Notes under the pieces: model-generated
Databases searched by the model: none
What the model saw: only the letters and a program-made list of their open reading frames with translations
Told to the model about the DNA's origin: nothing
Assembly (NCBI GenBank): GCA_965207945.1
Contig: OZ242303.1
Coordinates: 161,494-225,493 of the forward strand
Length of the DNA: 64,000 nucleotides
From: Gammaproteobacteria bacterium
GTDB taxonomy: Bacteria; Pseudomonadota; Gammaproteobacteria; CBDBNL01; JAAOII01
Reading direction: 5' to 3'
Shown here: one piece after another, positions 39,801 to 51,700 of the stretch
Numbering within the stretch: the first letter of the stretch is position 1
Layout of the letters: every line of letters begins with the position of its first letter
Made by a program: the position numbers and the translations under genes

Positions 39801-42655
39801 GCAATAATCATATTATTAGTAATCTGAACATAAGTGTCCAGGATTCTACTAGCCCTACTGGGGTGGGCTTGTTTGGCGCAATAAGTGCTTCTTCTGTTAT
39901 CCAAAATACGCATATCCGCAATGCTATGGTCAAGGGCGGACGTGAGCGTATTGGAACCCTGGTTGGTTACGCTGAAGGAATGGCGCAGATTATCAATAGC
40001 TCGGCACAAGGCGAGATTATAAGTCCTGAAGCTGGTGGCGTTGGAGGTTTGGTTGGCTTTGGAGAATATATCCATATATCTCGCTCTCAGACGAGCAATA
40101 TTTTTATAAGAGGTCGGCATGGTACTGGCGGTCTGATTGGTCATGGGAAGGGTGCTAATATCTTATTGTCTCATGCGGATAATATTGTTATAAACGGGAA
40201 TTCTTTTGTCGGCGGTTTGGTTGGTAATGGGCATGATACTACAATTTTTGCATCTTCTGTGAATAATGTTACTGTGAAATCTTCTGGTACTTATATAGGG
40301 GGGTTAGTTGGCTGGGCACAAGGAGCTCGCGTTTATGCTTCTTATATTCTGAATGCTAATGTAACGGGGTGGGAGCACGTTGGCGGCTTAGCTGGCTGGG
40401 GTAATTATGCGCGGATTATATCATCGTATGCAGCGGGCGGAGAAGTTAGCGGTCATTCTTCTGTCGGAGGATTAGTTGGCATTGCCCAAGGTTCTAATAT
40501 TAAGTCCTCTTATGCCGCAATGGAACACGTAGAAGGTTCTGCTGATGTTGGTGGCTTAGTTGGGGTAGCTTCGGCTGATTTAATTAAAGATTCTTTTTGG
40601 GACATCACTCTCAGTGGAGTTGCAGACCGCTTAGAAATTCCCGATAATAAGGAAGGTACACCCTTTAATCAACACCAACTGATATCTGAAACCGATTTCA
40701 GTGGCATTTATAGAACTTGGGATGATGACTTATGGTGCAATAGAGAAACTGGAGAGTTCACTACTGATAGTAGCTCACTTCTTGCTAACTCTACCTACAA
40801 TGTTTGGGATCTGGGAAGCGATAGGTCTTACCCCATCATAAAATGCGACCCTGCTCGGGATACTTTAGCTACTAATGAACTAGCCATTCTGGCGTCAGAT
40901 ACTGATAATGATGGCGTTTTGGATGTTCTTGACGCATTTCCAAACAACGCTTCTGAATCCTCTGATAGGGATGGTGATGGCACAGGAGATAATGCTGACT
41001 CAGACGATGATAATGATGGGGAAAATGATGGCACAGACAACTGTCAGTACGTAGCTAATCAAGGTCAAGATGATGATGATGATGATGGAGTGGGCAATGC
41101 CTGTGATATTGATAATAACAATAATGGACTTATAGACATTACGACTGCAGCTGAGTTAAACATGATACGCAATAATCCTGATGGAACTTCCTTAATTAAC
41201 ATTACCCCGTTTGCAACTCAAGTGAATGACCTCGGTTGTGGCATAGGTGGCATAGGTGGCAGTGCCGTTGAGTGTAACGGCTATGAACTGCTTGCCGACA
41301 TTGACCTAGCAGATCATGGTGAGTGGCAACCAATTGGAAATTGCCCTGGCATTCCTCGTTGTAATGATACTTTAAGACAACCCTTTAATAGCACTTTTGA
41401 GGGGAATAACCGAATGATTAGCAACCTGAATATAAAGAGGGGGTATTATGTTGCTCATTACGGTATTGGTTTTTTTGGCACAATAAGCAAAGATAGTGTT
41501 ATAAGAAACGTTCATATCAATAATGCTAAAATAATAGGGCATTTTGCAACTGGAATATTGGTTGGTGATGTGCAATTTGGTGGAGCGCAGATTATAAATA
41601 GTTCAGTACAAGGTAGGGTTGACGCAGATGGTAGTCATGTTGGCGGTATGGTTGGCAGAGGGTTTGACATGGAGATATCTTCATCTAAAGTGTATAACAC
41701 TTATGTACATTCTAGTCATCGGACGAGAAGCAAGAGTATTGGCGGTATGGTCGGTGGAGGGACTGGCAAGTATGACAAGGGAGGCATTAAGATATCTTCA
41801 TCTAGTGTGAATAACACTTATGTGGAAGGTTCTACTTCAATTGGTGGTTTGGTTGGTAATGCTTATCAAGGCGAAATTCTTTTATCCTATACAGATAATG
41901 TTACTGTGATTGGTTTGGGGTCTGTTGGTGGCTTGGTTGGTTCAGGATGGAAGGCGTTCATCTATGGGTCTTACGCGAAAGATGTTTATGCGAGGGAGAA
42001 TGGTGTTGGTCCTGCAGGAGGATTGGTGGGTTATATTAGCGAAGGTCGCGTTTATGCTTCTTATGCTATTGTTCGCTTTTTAGCAGGTGATACTAATGTT
42101 GGCGGTTTGATTGGCACAATTTCTAATGGTGCCAAGGTTATATCATCTTATGTGATAGCTAAAAGGGTCCAAGGGGAAAGACATGTTGGAGGGTTTGTGG
42201 GGCAAGGAGGGCGGAATAGTGAGTCAACAGTAGTTTATAAGTCCTCATATGCGGCAGTGAACGAAGTGTTGGTGGTGAACTTCCCGTACGGTAGATGTTG
42301 TACGAGCGCTCACGTTAAAGGTGGATTCATTGCGGGGGGGTATGCAGTTAGTATTACCGATTCTTATTGGGACGTTAGTATATCGGGAATTGAAAAGTGG
42401 AGGGCTAAGTCTTCAGGGGGTCTAGCCTTATCTACCACTGCATTGCAGGGGCCAACTAAGTTCGATGATGACAGTGGCATTTACAAAACTTGGGATGATG
42501 ATTTATGGTGCGATGCGGCAACTGGAGAGTTTACTACTAATAGCACCTCGTCCATTGCTATGAACACTGCCAACAAGGCCTGGGATTTGGGCACTAACAA
42601 GCAATACCCAGCACTGACCTGTACTCCAGGTGGTGCGGCAAGACAAAGAGAATAA
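33869..42655 (+). CDS. Giant surface lipoprotein (2928 aa): five GLUG-type beta-helix modules with TSP3-like Ca-binding linkers
   Basis: Lipobox LVAC followed by Gly12. GLI(E/D)I module starts near 34229, 36311, 37925, 39542 and 41126. DxDxDG and DNC...GDACD repeats. Confidence 0.85.
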   Translation: MKIMDFKYIKLGRLSEGFYYFIRRFAFLLLLLLVACAGGGGGGGGGGGGAGSGPTTEVNPLDRDGDGILNDVDLCDSEGSATNWKSNRATDADGDGCRDSDEDKFPNDPEAGRDIDKDNDGLIEITTPEELNHIRYDYNGKVFKVSADRKGTSAGCGRNISGVVGCNGYELMVDIDLSGYNNDNWQPIGDCLNTNSCPNAFNSTFEGNKRIISNLNINVQGSTSPVGVGLFGAISDRSVIRNVQIRNAKVKGGSANIGILAGSAQQTSENYTVERVVNISSKDYAIDGRRVFLTNPEAVKINAMPLTINKIPTESNQIVSIVNPVPATTNGTFLVTDGTLALVPDEDVVVTNGILIVNNGTLVTANENVAVNENILNITDVMGVIADGILIITKGSIVVPDGILSVANGSLVDANGTLIVPNGNFVVTNGIANFSYPETIQAKVSIQILATRAQIVNSSVQGEIISPAGNYVGGLVGNGFDSIISFSHAQDSYISGNSSVGGLIGNGHNATTYVSYTANVITHAANSSAGGLIGYGQGAEVYASYVLNANVSAAQEYAGGLVGGAQRARIESSYVAGGIVSGNASVGGLVGTGEDAQIKFSYVAIKNIEGSNDVGALAGLYNGDSISSSYWDSSILNRSNIDNDNGGMPLTFAQLSSETDFNDIYAGWDSNFWCNIGTGELSLTGAGTADFAIAANVVWDLGNATSYPIVSCAAAEDSPTTNLQLNVLASLQVSEDGTIEPPPVEPPPVTNTDNLDRDNDGIGDNADLCDSDGSATNWKSNSATDADGDGCRDSDEDEDDDNPDAAHDIDVDNDGLIDITTPEELSHIRYDYNGKVFRVFANRTGTSIGCYGDMSGDVACNGYELAGNIDLSEYSNWQPIGYCLTRDSCPEGLNSTFEGNNRVISNLNISVQGFTSPIGAGLFGAINDNSVIKNVHVRNAMVKGGNENIGILVGSAQQIVEGSGPQIINSSVQGEVISPGGRSVGGLVGYGKGVRISRSQASNVSIEGQFYIGALIGSGVGANILLSQVDNIFVNGARFVGGLAGDGRDSTVFASSANNVTVYSYSNNVSHGFYAGGLMGSAHAARVYASYVLNANVTGRKHVGGLAGWAGYARIVSSYSALGSVDGNVSVGGLVGNGISVNIKSSYASMENIEGVDEVGGLVGRNGGASVEDSYWDITLSGIADRLAVPDNKEGIPLDYHQLQTEINFSGIYDTWDDNLWCDRVTGEFTTDSGSSLVNYANKVWNLGSNISYPIINCDSTQDGLATNVQANLLARDADMDGVGDIFDKFPNNASESSDRDGDGIGDNADPDDDNDMKEDGKDNCQYVANQGQENSDTDGLGDACDIDDNNNGLIDITTASELNQIRNNPNGNSLITISSTGTQVSDRGCGIGDDFDAECNGYELLADIDLSGYDNWQPIGYCFSKSSCPGTFNSIFEGNNHTISNLNINVQGFTSSVGVGLFGAISASSVIQNTHIRNAMLKGGRERIGILVGYAERMAQIINSSAQGEIISPEAGGVGGLVGFGEYIHISRSQTSNISIRGGHGIGGLIGHGRGARISWSQTDNIVVNGVDSVGGLVGNGGEVMLFVSSANNIIVNSSGNYVGGLVGWAQGARVYASYVLNANVTGVDNVGGLAGWTQGTGITSSYAAGGEVSGRYFVGGLVGISQTSNIKSSYAAMERVEGSIDVGGLVGRAAGDSTEASYWDVGLSGVTDRLEVSDIREGIGLNYQQLRSNTTFSGIYDTWDDNFWCNRATGEFTTNNSSLLANSTNVAWDLGDATSYPIISCAAAEDSLTTNLQRNALANLQVSDADNDGVADIFDKFPNDPTETSNRDGDAIGDNADINNDKDLLNDFDNNGNRFDNCPFTTNGDQQDDDKDGVGNACDIDKNNNGLIDITTADELNQIRNNLNGNSLITISSTGTQVHDRGCGIGDDFDAECNGYELRADIDLSEYSNWQPIGYCSNSGSCFVTFNSTFEGNNHIISNLNISVQDSTSPTGVGLFGAISASSVIQNTHIRNAMVKGGRERIGTLVGYAEGMAQIINSSAQGEIISPEAGGVGGLVGFGEYIHISRSQTSNIFIRGRHGTGGLIGHGKGANILLSHADNIVINGNSFVGGLVGNGHDTTIFASSVNNVTVKSSGTYIGGLVGWAQGARVYASYILNANVTGWEHVGGLAGWGNYARIISSYAAGGEVSGHSSVGGLVGIAQGSNIKSSYAAMEHVEGSADVGGLVGVASADLIKDSFWDITLSGVADRLEIPDNKEGTPFNQHQLISETDFSGIYRTWDDDLWCNRETGEFTTDSSSLLANSTYNVWDLGSDRSYPIIKCDPARDTLATNELAILASDTDNDGVLDVLDAFPNNASESSDRDGDGTGDNADSDDDNDGENDGTDNCQYVANQGQDDDDDDGVGNACDIDNNNNGLIDITTAAELNMIRNNPDGTSLINITPFATQVNDLGCGIGGIGGSAVECNGYELLADIDLADHGEWQPIGNCPGIPRCNDTLRQPFNSTFEGNNRMISNLNIKRGYYVAHYGIGFFGTISKDSVIRNVHINNAKIIGHFATGILVGDVQFGGAQIINSSVQGRVDADGSHVGGMVGRGFDMEISSSKVYNTYVHSSHRTRSKSIGGMVGGGTGKYDKGGIKISSSSVNNTYVEGSTSIGGLVGNAYQGEILLSYTDNVTVIGLGSVGGLVGSGWKAFIYGSYAKDVYARENGVGPAGGLVGYISEGRVYASYAIVRFLAGDTNVGGLIGTISNGAKVISSYVIAKRVQGERHVGGFVGQGGRNSESTVVYKSSYAAVNEVLVVNFPYGRCCTSAHVKGGFIAGGYAVSITDSYWDVSISGIEKWRAKSSGGLALSTTALQGPTKFDDDSGIYKTWDDDLWCDAATGEFTTNSTSSIAMNTANKAWDLGTNKQYPALTCTPGGAARQRE

Positions 42656-42719
42656 TTGTAATCAGTATATTAACTAAGTCGTTACAAAAATACTCAATTA
42701 CCTAATTATTTTTAACCAT

Positions 42720-45700
42720 TTGATTATGTCAAAACTAACTGTAGCTGTAAAGCGGCAGTCACCTCGTTTATTAATAAGTAAAGCTAATTCTTGGCGAGTG
42801 TTGTTGTTATTCATACTTACTACGTTTCTTGTTTCTTGTGAAACAACCAAGCAAACAGCAAATGAAGTAGTTAACTTAGATGATGCCACAGACATAGATG
42901 ATGAGGACGAGTTACTATTAAATGAATTAGCAGTGCAAGATGTTGTTGTAATTCCCCAACGGAATAAAATCAACCTTACTTGGACTAATCCTTCTGCTCC
43001 TGTTTCTCATATAAATATTTCTTGGACACCAGTAGAAAAGGGGGTGTTACAACCTATCATCGTTGATGATATTTCTGATGTGGATGTGGTATCAAGCACT
43101 CAATCAATGCCAATTAATAGGGGAAGTACTAGTAGGGATGCAAGGGCTATTAAAACACAAGAGGTAAGTTCGTTTGCTGTTAGCTCCCTTGATGTTACCC
43201 CACTTGCTGCACCCCCGCTTGATGTTACCCCCCTTGCACTGGCAACCCCATCTATGAGGGTTTCTAAAACAATAGAAGGACTCACTGATGGGCAGAAATA
43301 TACGTTTTACATAATTGCAGTTACAAAGAATGCTGATAACAAGGAGATTGTAACCCCTTTGCCTAAGCCAATTGAGAGAATAATAGGTCCCAATCTGGAC
43401 AATGATACTTATGCAAATATTGAAGATGAAGATATTGATGGTGATGACATACCAAATGATAAGGACCCAGATGATGATAATGATGGAGTTGAAGATATTC
43501 ATGATGCCTTTGCTGATAACCCTGCAGAAACAAATGACACAGATGGAGATGGAGTAGGCGATAATTCAGATGCATTTCCTAATAATGCCTCTGCCAGCGC
43601 AGATACAGATGGTGATGGCATAGATGATACTCTTGATATGGATACTGATAATGACGGCGTTAATGATGAATATGATGCTTATCCCTTTAATAATAACACC
43701 TCTTATTTTCAAGTAGCCAATTTACGCATTATTCCAGCTGCTAACAGAGCGCTAATTATGTGGAGTAATCCGAGTGCTGATATTAAACAAATTAATATTT
43801 CTTGGGGCGAATCAGATTCACCAACCGTCCAAAAAGTTGCCATAACAGACCACAGAACTTTATTACCAGAAACATCCTTTGAATTAACAGGTCTAACTAA
43901 TGATGCATACTATAACTTTAGTATAGAACCTTCTATGCAAGGCGATGATGAGGGTAAACTCACACAGGCAGTTAAAGTTGTTCGCGCCGTAGGTTTGAAC
44001 TTTGATAAAGATGAGTTTGCTGATATAGAAGATACAGACGATGACAATGATGGGACGGATGATGTTGATGATGCTTTCCCTTTGAATAGTGCCGAGGATA
44101 CAGATACAGATAAAGATAAAATCGGCAATAATGCTGATCCAGATGATGATAATGATGGCACTGAAGATATTCATGATGCATTTCCTTTGAATAGCACCGA
44201 GAATGCAGATACGGACTCTGATAGCATTGGCGATAATGCGGATATTGATGATGATGGCGATGGTCTGATAGAAATTACCACTGCAGCAGAGCTTAACCAA
44301 ATTCGCTATAACCTGCAAGGGGCTTCTATGAAGGAGTCAGCTGCTGCCGTTGGCAATAGTATAGGTTGCGGCAATGGCGCTAATGTGAATACTTGCTCTG
44401 GTTATGAATTGAGTGCAGATATAGATTTAGTTAATTATACCAATTGGCAACCATTGGGTTCTTGCGTTAGCGTAAATATTTGCTCTGTCGCTAGTCAGTT
44501 TAATGCTATTTTTGATGGCAATGGGTTTATTGTTAGTAATGTTAATATAAATGCCACTGGTTCTTATGGGGCGGGCTTGTTTGGGGCTATTTCCTCAACT
44601 TCAATTTTACGCAATATCCGATTACGCGATGTAAAGATTACAGGCACTTCAGCTTATGTGGGAATGCTGGTTGGCTATGCGGCTGGCGGGTTTATTCATA
44701 ATTCCTCGGCGCAAGGGGAGATTATGAGTGCAGGGAGTGAATCTGTTGGCGGTTTGGTTGGCAGGGGGCGTTCTTCTGAGATTATTTCTTCTTATGTAGT
44801 AGGAGGCGACATTGTGGGCGGCGGTAGTGTTGGCGGCTTAGTTGGTGATGGCGCTTTTGCCCGCATTACTTCTTCTTATGCTGCGGGAGGGGATATAAGA
44901 GGTATAAACAATATTGGCGGTTTGGTTGGCAGGGCTAATAATGCAGACATCACCGCCTCTTATGCGGAAGGCGGAGCTGTTATTGGGCAGGCAGTTAATA
45001 ATAATGTTGGCGGTTTGGTTGGCTTAGGGAACTCTGCCACAATTGCTTATTCTTATGCTGCAGGCGGAATAATACAAGGCAATACTAACGGAAGGTTAAA
45101 TATCAACGGACTGGTAGGGCGAGGTGTCCTTGCTATGGTTAGTGATTCCTATTGGGATATGGAAACTTCGGGGTTAGTGTCAACATCTGCTTATGGGCAA
45201 CCAAAAACAACTGTTGAGTTGCAGGAGCCGTCAGGGTTCATCTCTGGTAGTATATATGAGAATTGGGTGGGTTTATGGTGCAATCCAGTTACTGGTGAGT
45301 TTACTTCTGACAGAAGTTCTTCACTGGCTGTTGCAGAGAACCAGGCATGGCAATTTGGTACTGACAAAGAATATCCTGCATTGACTTGCACTCCTGGTGG
45401 GGTTGAGAGGCAAAGCGGTCCTCATGGGGCAAATAATTTACGCGTGATTCCTGATATTGGAGGAGCTGAGCTACTTTGGAATAATCCGAAAGCAACCATT
45501 AGCGAATTTAGCATTTACTATGGGATTAATAATTCGTCATCACCTTTGCAACAATTATCTATTAGTAACCTAGATTACCTTAGTGCTAATCAAATAAATG
45601 TTTCTTATGCTATAGCTGGTTTAACTAGTGGAGAGTATTATAAGTTCATAGTTGTTCCCGTATTAGGAGGAGATGATAAGCACAAGAAAACCCTTAAAGC

Positions 45701-48700
45701 AACTATAGCACGCACTATAGGTTCTAATTTTGATAAGGATGGGTTTGCTGATGTAGTAGATATAGATGATGATAATGATGGCACTGAAGATATTGCTGAT
45801 GCATTTCCATTTAATAGCACTGAGAATACAGATACAGATAAAGACAAGACCGGCAATAATGCTGACTCCGATGATGATAATGACCTTGTTTTAGATGACG
45901 TGGATAACTGCCCGTTAGTCGCAAATAACGGGCAAGACAATTTTGATGCTGATGAATTAGGCGATGCTTGTGATACAGACGATGACAATGATGGTACTGA
46001 AGATATTTATGATGCTCTCCCCTTTAATAGTACCGAGAATACAGATACGGATAAAGACAAAATCGGCAATAATGCTGACACTGATGACGATGGTGACCTT
46101 ATTTTAGACGGTGTGGATAACTGCCCATTAGTCCAGAATGACGAACAAAGCGATCTTGATGCTGATACATTAGGCGATGCTTGTGATATTGATGATGATG
46201 GCGATGGTCTGATAGAAGTTATCACTGCGGCAGAGCTTAACCAAATTCGCCACGATCTGCAAGGGACTTCTATTAAGGAGTCCGCGGCGGCTATTAACAA
46301 TCGCAAGGGTTGCAGCAAGGGTGCTAGTGCAAATACTTGCTCTGGTTATGAATTGAGTGCAGATATAGATTTAGCTAATTATACCAATTGGCAACCATTG
46401 GGTTCTTGCGTTAGCGTCAGTATTTGCTCTGTTGCTAGTCAGTTTAACGCTATTTTTGATGGTAATGGGTTTATTGTTAGTAATGTTAATATAAATGCTA
46501 CTGGTTCTTATGGGGCTGGCTTGTTTGGAGCTATTTCCTCAACTTCAATTTTACGCAATATCCAATTGCACGATGTAAAGATTACAGGCACTTCAGCTTA
46601 TGTGGGAATGTTGGCTGGTTATGCTGATGGAGGGTTGATTCATAATTCTTCGGCGCAAGGGGATATTATGAGTGCAGGGAGTGAATCTGTTGGAGGTTTG
46701 GTTGGCTATGGCCGCAGTTCTGAGATTACTTCTTCTTATGTAGTAGGAGGAGACATTGTGGGTGGCGGTAGTGTTGGCGGCTTGGTTGGTGATGGTACTT
46801 TTGCTCGCATTTTTTCTTCTTATGCCGTGGGAGGGGATGTTAGTTCCACTGGGTTAAGTGAGGGGATGCATTCGGTAGGTGGCTTAATTGGCAATGGCAA
46901 TAATGCGCTTATCCGATCATCTTATGCCGCGGGAGGGGACATAAGAGGCATAAACAATATTGGTGGTCTGGTTGGCATGGCTAATAATGCAGATATCACC
47001 GCCTCTTATGCGGAAGGAGGTGCTGTTATTGGGCAAGCAGTTAATAATAATGTTGGTGGTTTGGTTGGTTTAGGGAACTCTGCCACTATTGATTATTCTT
47101 ATGCGGCAGGAGGAATAATACAAGGCGATACTAGCGGGAGTTTAAATATCAACGGGCTAATAGGGGGAGGCGTCCTCGCTATGGTTAACAGTTCTTATTG
47201 GGATATGGAAACTTCTGGGATAGCGTCATCATCCATTTATGGACAGCCAAAAACGACTGCTGAGTTGCAGGGGTTGCCAGGATTCGTCTCTGGCAGTATA
47301 TATGAGCATTGGGCAGGTTTATGGTGCAATCCAGTTACTGGCGAGTTTACTTCTGATGAAAGTTCTTCACTGGCTGTTGCAGAATACAGAGTATGGCAAT
47401 TTGGTACTGACAAAGAATATCCCGCTTTGACTTGCACTCCTGGTGGAGTTGAGGCGCAAAGCAGTCCTCATGGAGCGAATAATTTACGTGTGATTCCTGA
47501 TATTGGAGGAGCTGAGCTACTTTGGAATAATTCTAATGCAACTATTAGAAGATTTAGCATTTACTATGGGATTAATAATTCGTCATCACCTTTGCAACAA
47601 TTATCTATTAGTGATTCTGCTGCTCTTGGAGCTAATCAAATAAATGTTTCTTATACTATAGCTGGTTTAACCAATGACGAGTATTATAAATTTGTAGTTG
47701 TTCCTGTATTAGGAGGAGATGATAAGCACAAGAAAACCCTTAAAGCAACTATAGTTCGCGCTATAGGTTCTAACTTTGATAAAGATGGGTTTGCTGATAT
47801 AGAAGATACAGACGATGACAATGATGGCACTGAAGATATTTATGACGATATTCCATTTAATAGCACTGAGGATACAGATACAGATAAAGATGACATCGGC
47901 AATAATGCCGACCCAGATGATGATAATGACCTTGTTTTAGATGGTGATGATAACTGCCCGTTAGTCGCAAATAACGGACAAGGCAATTTTGATGCTGATG
48001 AATTAGGCAATGCTTGTGATACAGATGATGACAATGATGGCACTGAAGATATTTATGATGATTTGCCGTTTAATAGCACCGAGAATACAGATACGGATAA
48101 AGATAAAATCGGCAATAATGCTGACCCCGATGATGATAATGACCTTGTTTTAGATGGCGCGGATAATTGTCCATTAGTCCAGAATGACGAACAAAGCAAC
48201 CTTGATGATGATACATTAGGCGATGTTTGTGAAATTGATGATGATGGTGATGGCCTGATAGAAATTACCACCGTGGAGCAACTTAACCAAATTCGCTACA
48301 ACTTGCAAGGGACTTCTATGAAGGAGTCAGCTTCTGCCACTGGTAGTAGTATAGGTTGCGGTAATGGCGCTGATGTGATTGCTTGCTCTGGCTATGAAAT
48401 GAGTGCCAACATAGATTTAGCTAATTATACCAACTGGCAGCCGATAGGAGATTGTGTTGCTGGCGGTTCTTGTCCGCTCGCTTTTAATGGGACTTTTGAA
48501 GGAAACGGACATACTATTAGTAACCTCAGGATTAGCATTAATGGGGATGGCACTCCTGTTGGACGGACACGCGACATAGGTTTGTTTGGCGCTATATCCA
48601 CTGATAGCGTTGTGCGTGGGGTTCATCTGCGAGAATCAAGTATAACAATACAACCTCCAGCAAGCAATGTAGGAATGTTAGTTGGTTATGCGGACAATAA

Positions 48701-51700
48701 AGATTCCCAATCTGCACTCATTAGCAATAGCTCAGTGACAGGGAATATTACAAGTCCCTCGGCTAGCCAAGTTGGTAGTTTGGTTGGTCTCGGAAATGGA
48801 GCATCAATCCATTCCTCTTATGCTGAAAGTGTGATTATAACTGGGAGAGATAACATCGGTGGTTTGGTGGGCGGGGGAAATGGGGCATCAATAAATTCAT
48901 CTCATACTGAAAGTTTGACTATAACCGGGGGAAATAACATCGGTGGTTTGGTTGGTAGAGGAAATGGGGCATCAGTCCATTCATCTTATGCTGAAGGTGT
49001 AACTATAGCTGGGGGAAATAGCATCGGCGGTTTGGTAGGCAGTGGAATTGGAGCACCAGTCCATTCATCTTATGCTGAAAATGTAACTATGGCTGGAAGA
49101 GCGAATGTTGGCGGTTTAATTGGTGCTGGGTATGAAGCACCAGTCCATTCATCTTATGTTAAAGAAGGTGCGATGAGGGGTTCAATTAACATAGGTGGTC
49201 TGATAGGCGCAGCTACGTCTGCCATTGTCAATTCTTCTTATGCAAGCGACCTTACTGTTGCTGCTGTATCAAGAACTTCTGGATCTTTCCTCGGTGGATT
49301 ATTAGGTAGCGCTGAAGATGCAATTGTGCATTATTCTTATGTTCAGCGGGTGAAGGTGACAGGACCAGGACAAATAGGAGGTTTAATCGGCACAGGGGAT
49401 AGGGTGTTAATCCAATCATCCTACGCTCGGGATAGCAGTGTAACTACAACCACTGTTGGTAATGGGAATGATTATGGAGGTTTAGCGGGAAGGGCATGGT
49501 CATCTAAGATTATTGCTTCTTATACGCTGAATGTCAATGTTAGCGGAATCAGAAATGTTGGCGGCTTACTCGGTGATGGAAGTTCTTGGTATACAGGAAG
49601 AGCATTTTTGGGACCGAGAAGCCAAATTATATCGTCTTATGCGCGTGGTGGAATAGTGAAGGGGGATGCGACTGTTGGCGGCTTGGCTGGCATAGGTAGC
49701 GATATGTTGTTAGATTCATCTTATGCGACTACTGAAATTATAAGGTCTGGCTCAAGAGGAGGCCTCCTAGGATTAGGAGGATTGGCTGCTTTTTTAAGTA
49801 TACCCAACGGAGGTGCAGGCAGTCCTGGTTCTACAGCAATTAATTCGTATTGGGATACTGTGATAACTAAAGTTGCCGACCGTGCTCCAGTACCTGATTC
49901 TTTTGAAGGTGCTCCCAAGACGACCGCTGAGCTGCAAAATCCAGTTGGTGCTACAGGTATTTATGCTGGTTGGGCTAACTTCTGGTGCAACCCTGATACT
50001 GGCGAGTTTACTTCCGACTCAAACTCGCCGCTTGCTCTGGATAAATATAAAGCTTGGCAGTTTGGGACTATTGAAGAAAATCCTGCATTAACCTGCGCGC
50101 CAAATGGTTTTACTTCTCAGTATACTCCTATTGGGGTAAGGAATCTACGCGGTTTTCCACATAATAGTAGCATCACTTTGGAATGGGATAATCCACCAGT
50201 TGACATAGGTTATATTAATGTTTCTTATGGCTTAGTTGATATGCTTAATGCGGGGGCTGCTCCACAGGAAATATTGCTTACGGATGCAAATGATATAGCA
50301 TTTTCTCAAAAAGGCGTGACTATAAACATTACTGGTTTGATTAATAGACAAGAATATAAGTTTATGCTGAGGACTGCTATTACTGGGCTTCATAAGGATA
50401 GGCCTATTGCAACTCAGACATTAATAAAAGAGATTGATTTTAATTATGATGGCGATGAGCTTGGCAATAATGCAGATCCTGATGATGATAATGACGGGAC
50501 AGACGATGTTGCAGACGCTTTTCCTTTTAATATAACGGAGGATACTGATACCGATTCTGATGTCATCGGTAATAATGCGGATGTTGATGACGATGGTGAT
50601 GGGCTGATAGAAATTGCTAATGCGGATGAGCTTAACCAAGTGCGCTTTAATCTTAGAGGGACAGCGTTGAAATCTTCTGCGGATGATGTTGGCAGCAGCG
50701 CTGGTTGTGGCAATGGGGTGGAGGTTACAGCGTGCAATGGCTATGAGGTTATTGCGGATATAGACCTTGCTAAGTATAGCAACTGGCAGCCGATAGGGGT
50801 TTTTGTTGCAGATGATAATTCAGATGCTTTTAATAGCACCTTTAATGGCATATTTAATGGCAATGGTTGGACTATAAGTCATCTTACTATTAGCGCCTCT
50901 GATGTTGCTGAAGGTATTGGTCTATTTGGCGCAGTATCTGAGCATTCTATCCTGCGTGATGTTCATATTCGTGGAGCAAGGATTAGTGGAGGAGCTAATT
51001 ATATTGGGATGTTGGCTGGTTCGGTGCGAGGTGTTGAATTGGGGGCTAGCCCAACTATTTTTAATAGTTCGGCAACAGGAGACATTATGAGTCCTTTAGC
51101 TGATAGTGTAGGCGGTTTGGTTGGCGGTGGAGCATTGGCTATAATAAACTCTTCTTATGTTAAGCAGAGTTCTATAACAGGCAATAATACTATTGGCGGT
51201 TTGCTGGGAGACGGAGAGGGTGCTCAGATTATTTCCTCTCATGCTATGGATAGTTCTGTAACGGGTAATAATATTACTGGCAGTTTGGTTGGTGATGGGA
51301 GGTTTGGCAGCAGTGTCCTTTCTTTCGTAACGAATAATGTTGTGAATGGAGTTAGTCATGTTGGTGGCATAGTTGGTTATGGGAAAGGGAGTAGTGTAGT
51401 GTCTAATTATGCAAAAAATGTCCAAGTAAACGGCATAGGTGATTATGTTGGCGGCTTGGTTGGTTATGGTTTGTTTACAGAAATTATGACGTCTTATGTA
51501 ACAGGTGGGAATGTAAGAGGGGATGATAATGTGGGTGGTATAGTTGGTTATGGGGATTCTGCAATTATAAATGCCTCTTATGTGGTTAGTGCTTCTATCC
51601 AAGGTGATGATAATGTTGGCGGCTTGGTTGGTAAGCCAACTTTGGATACTGAAGTATTTAATTCTTATTGGAATAATCAGAGTGCTGGTTTCACTGCGCG

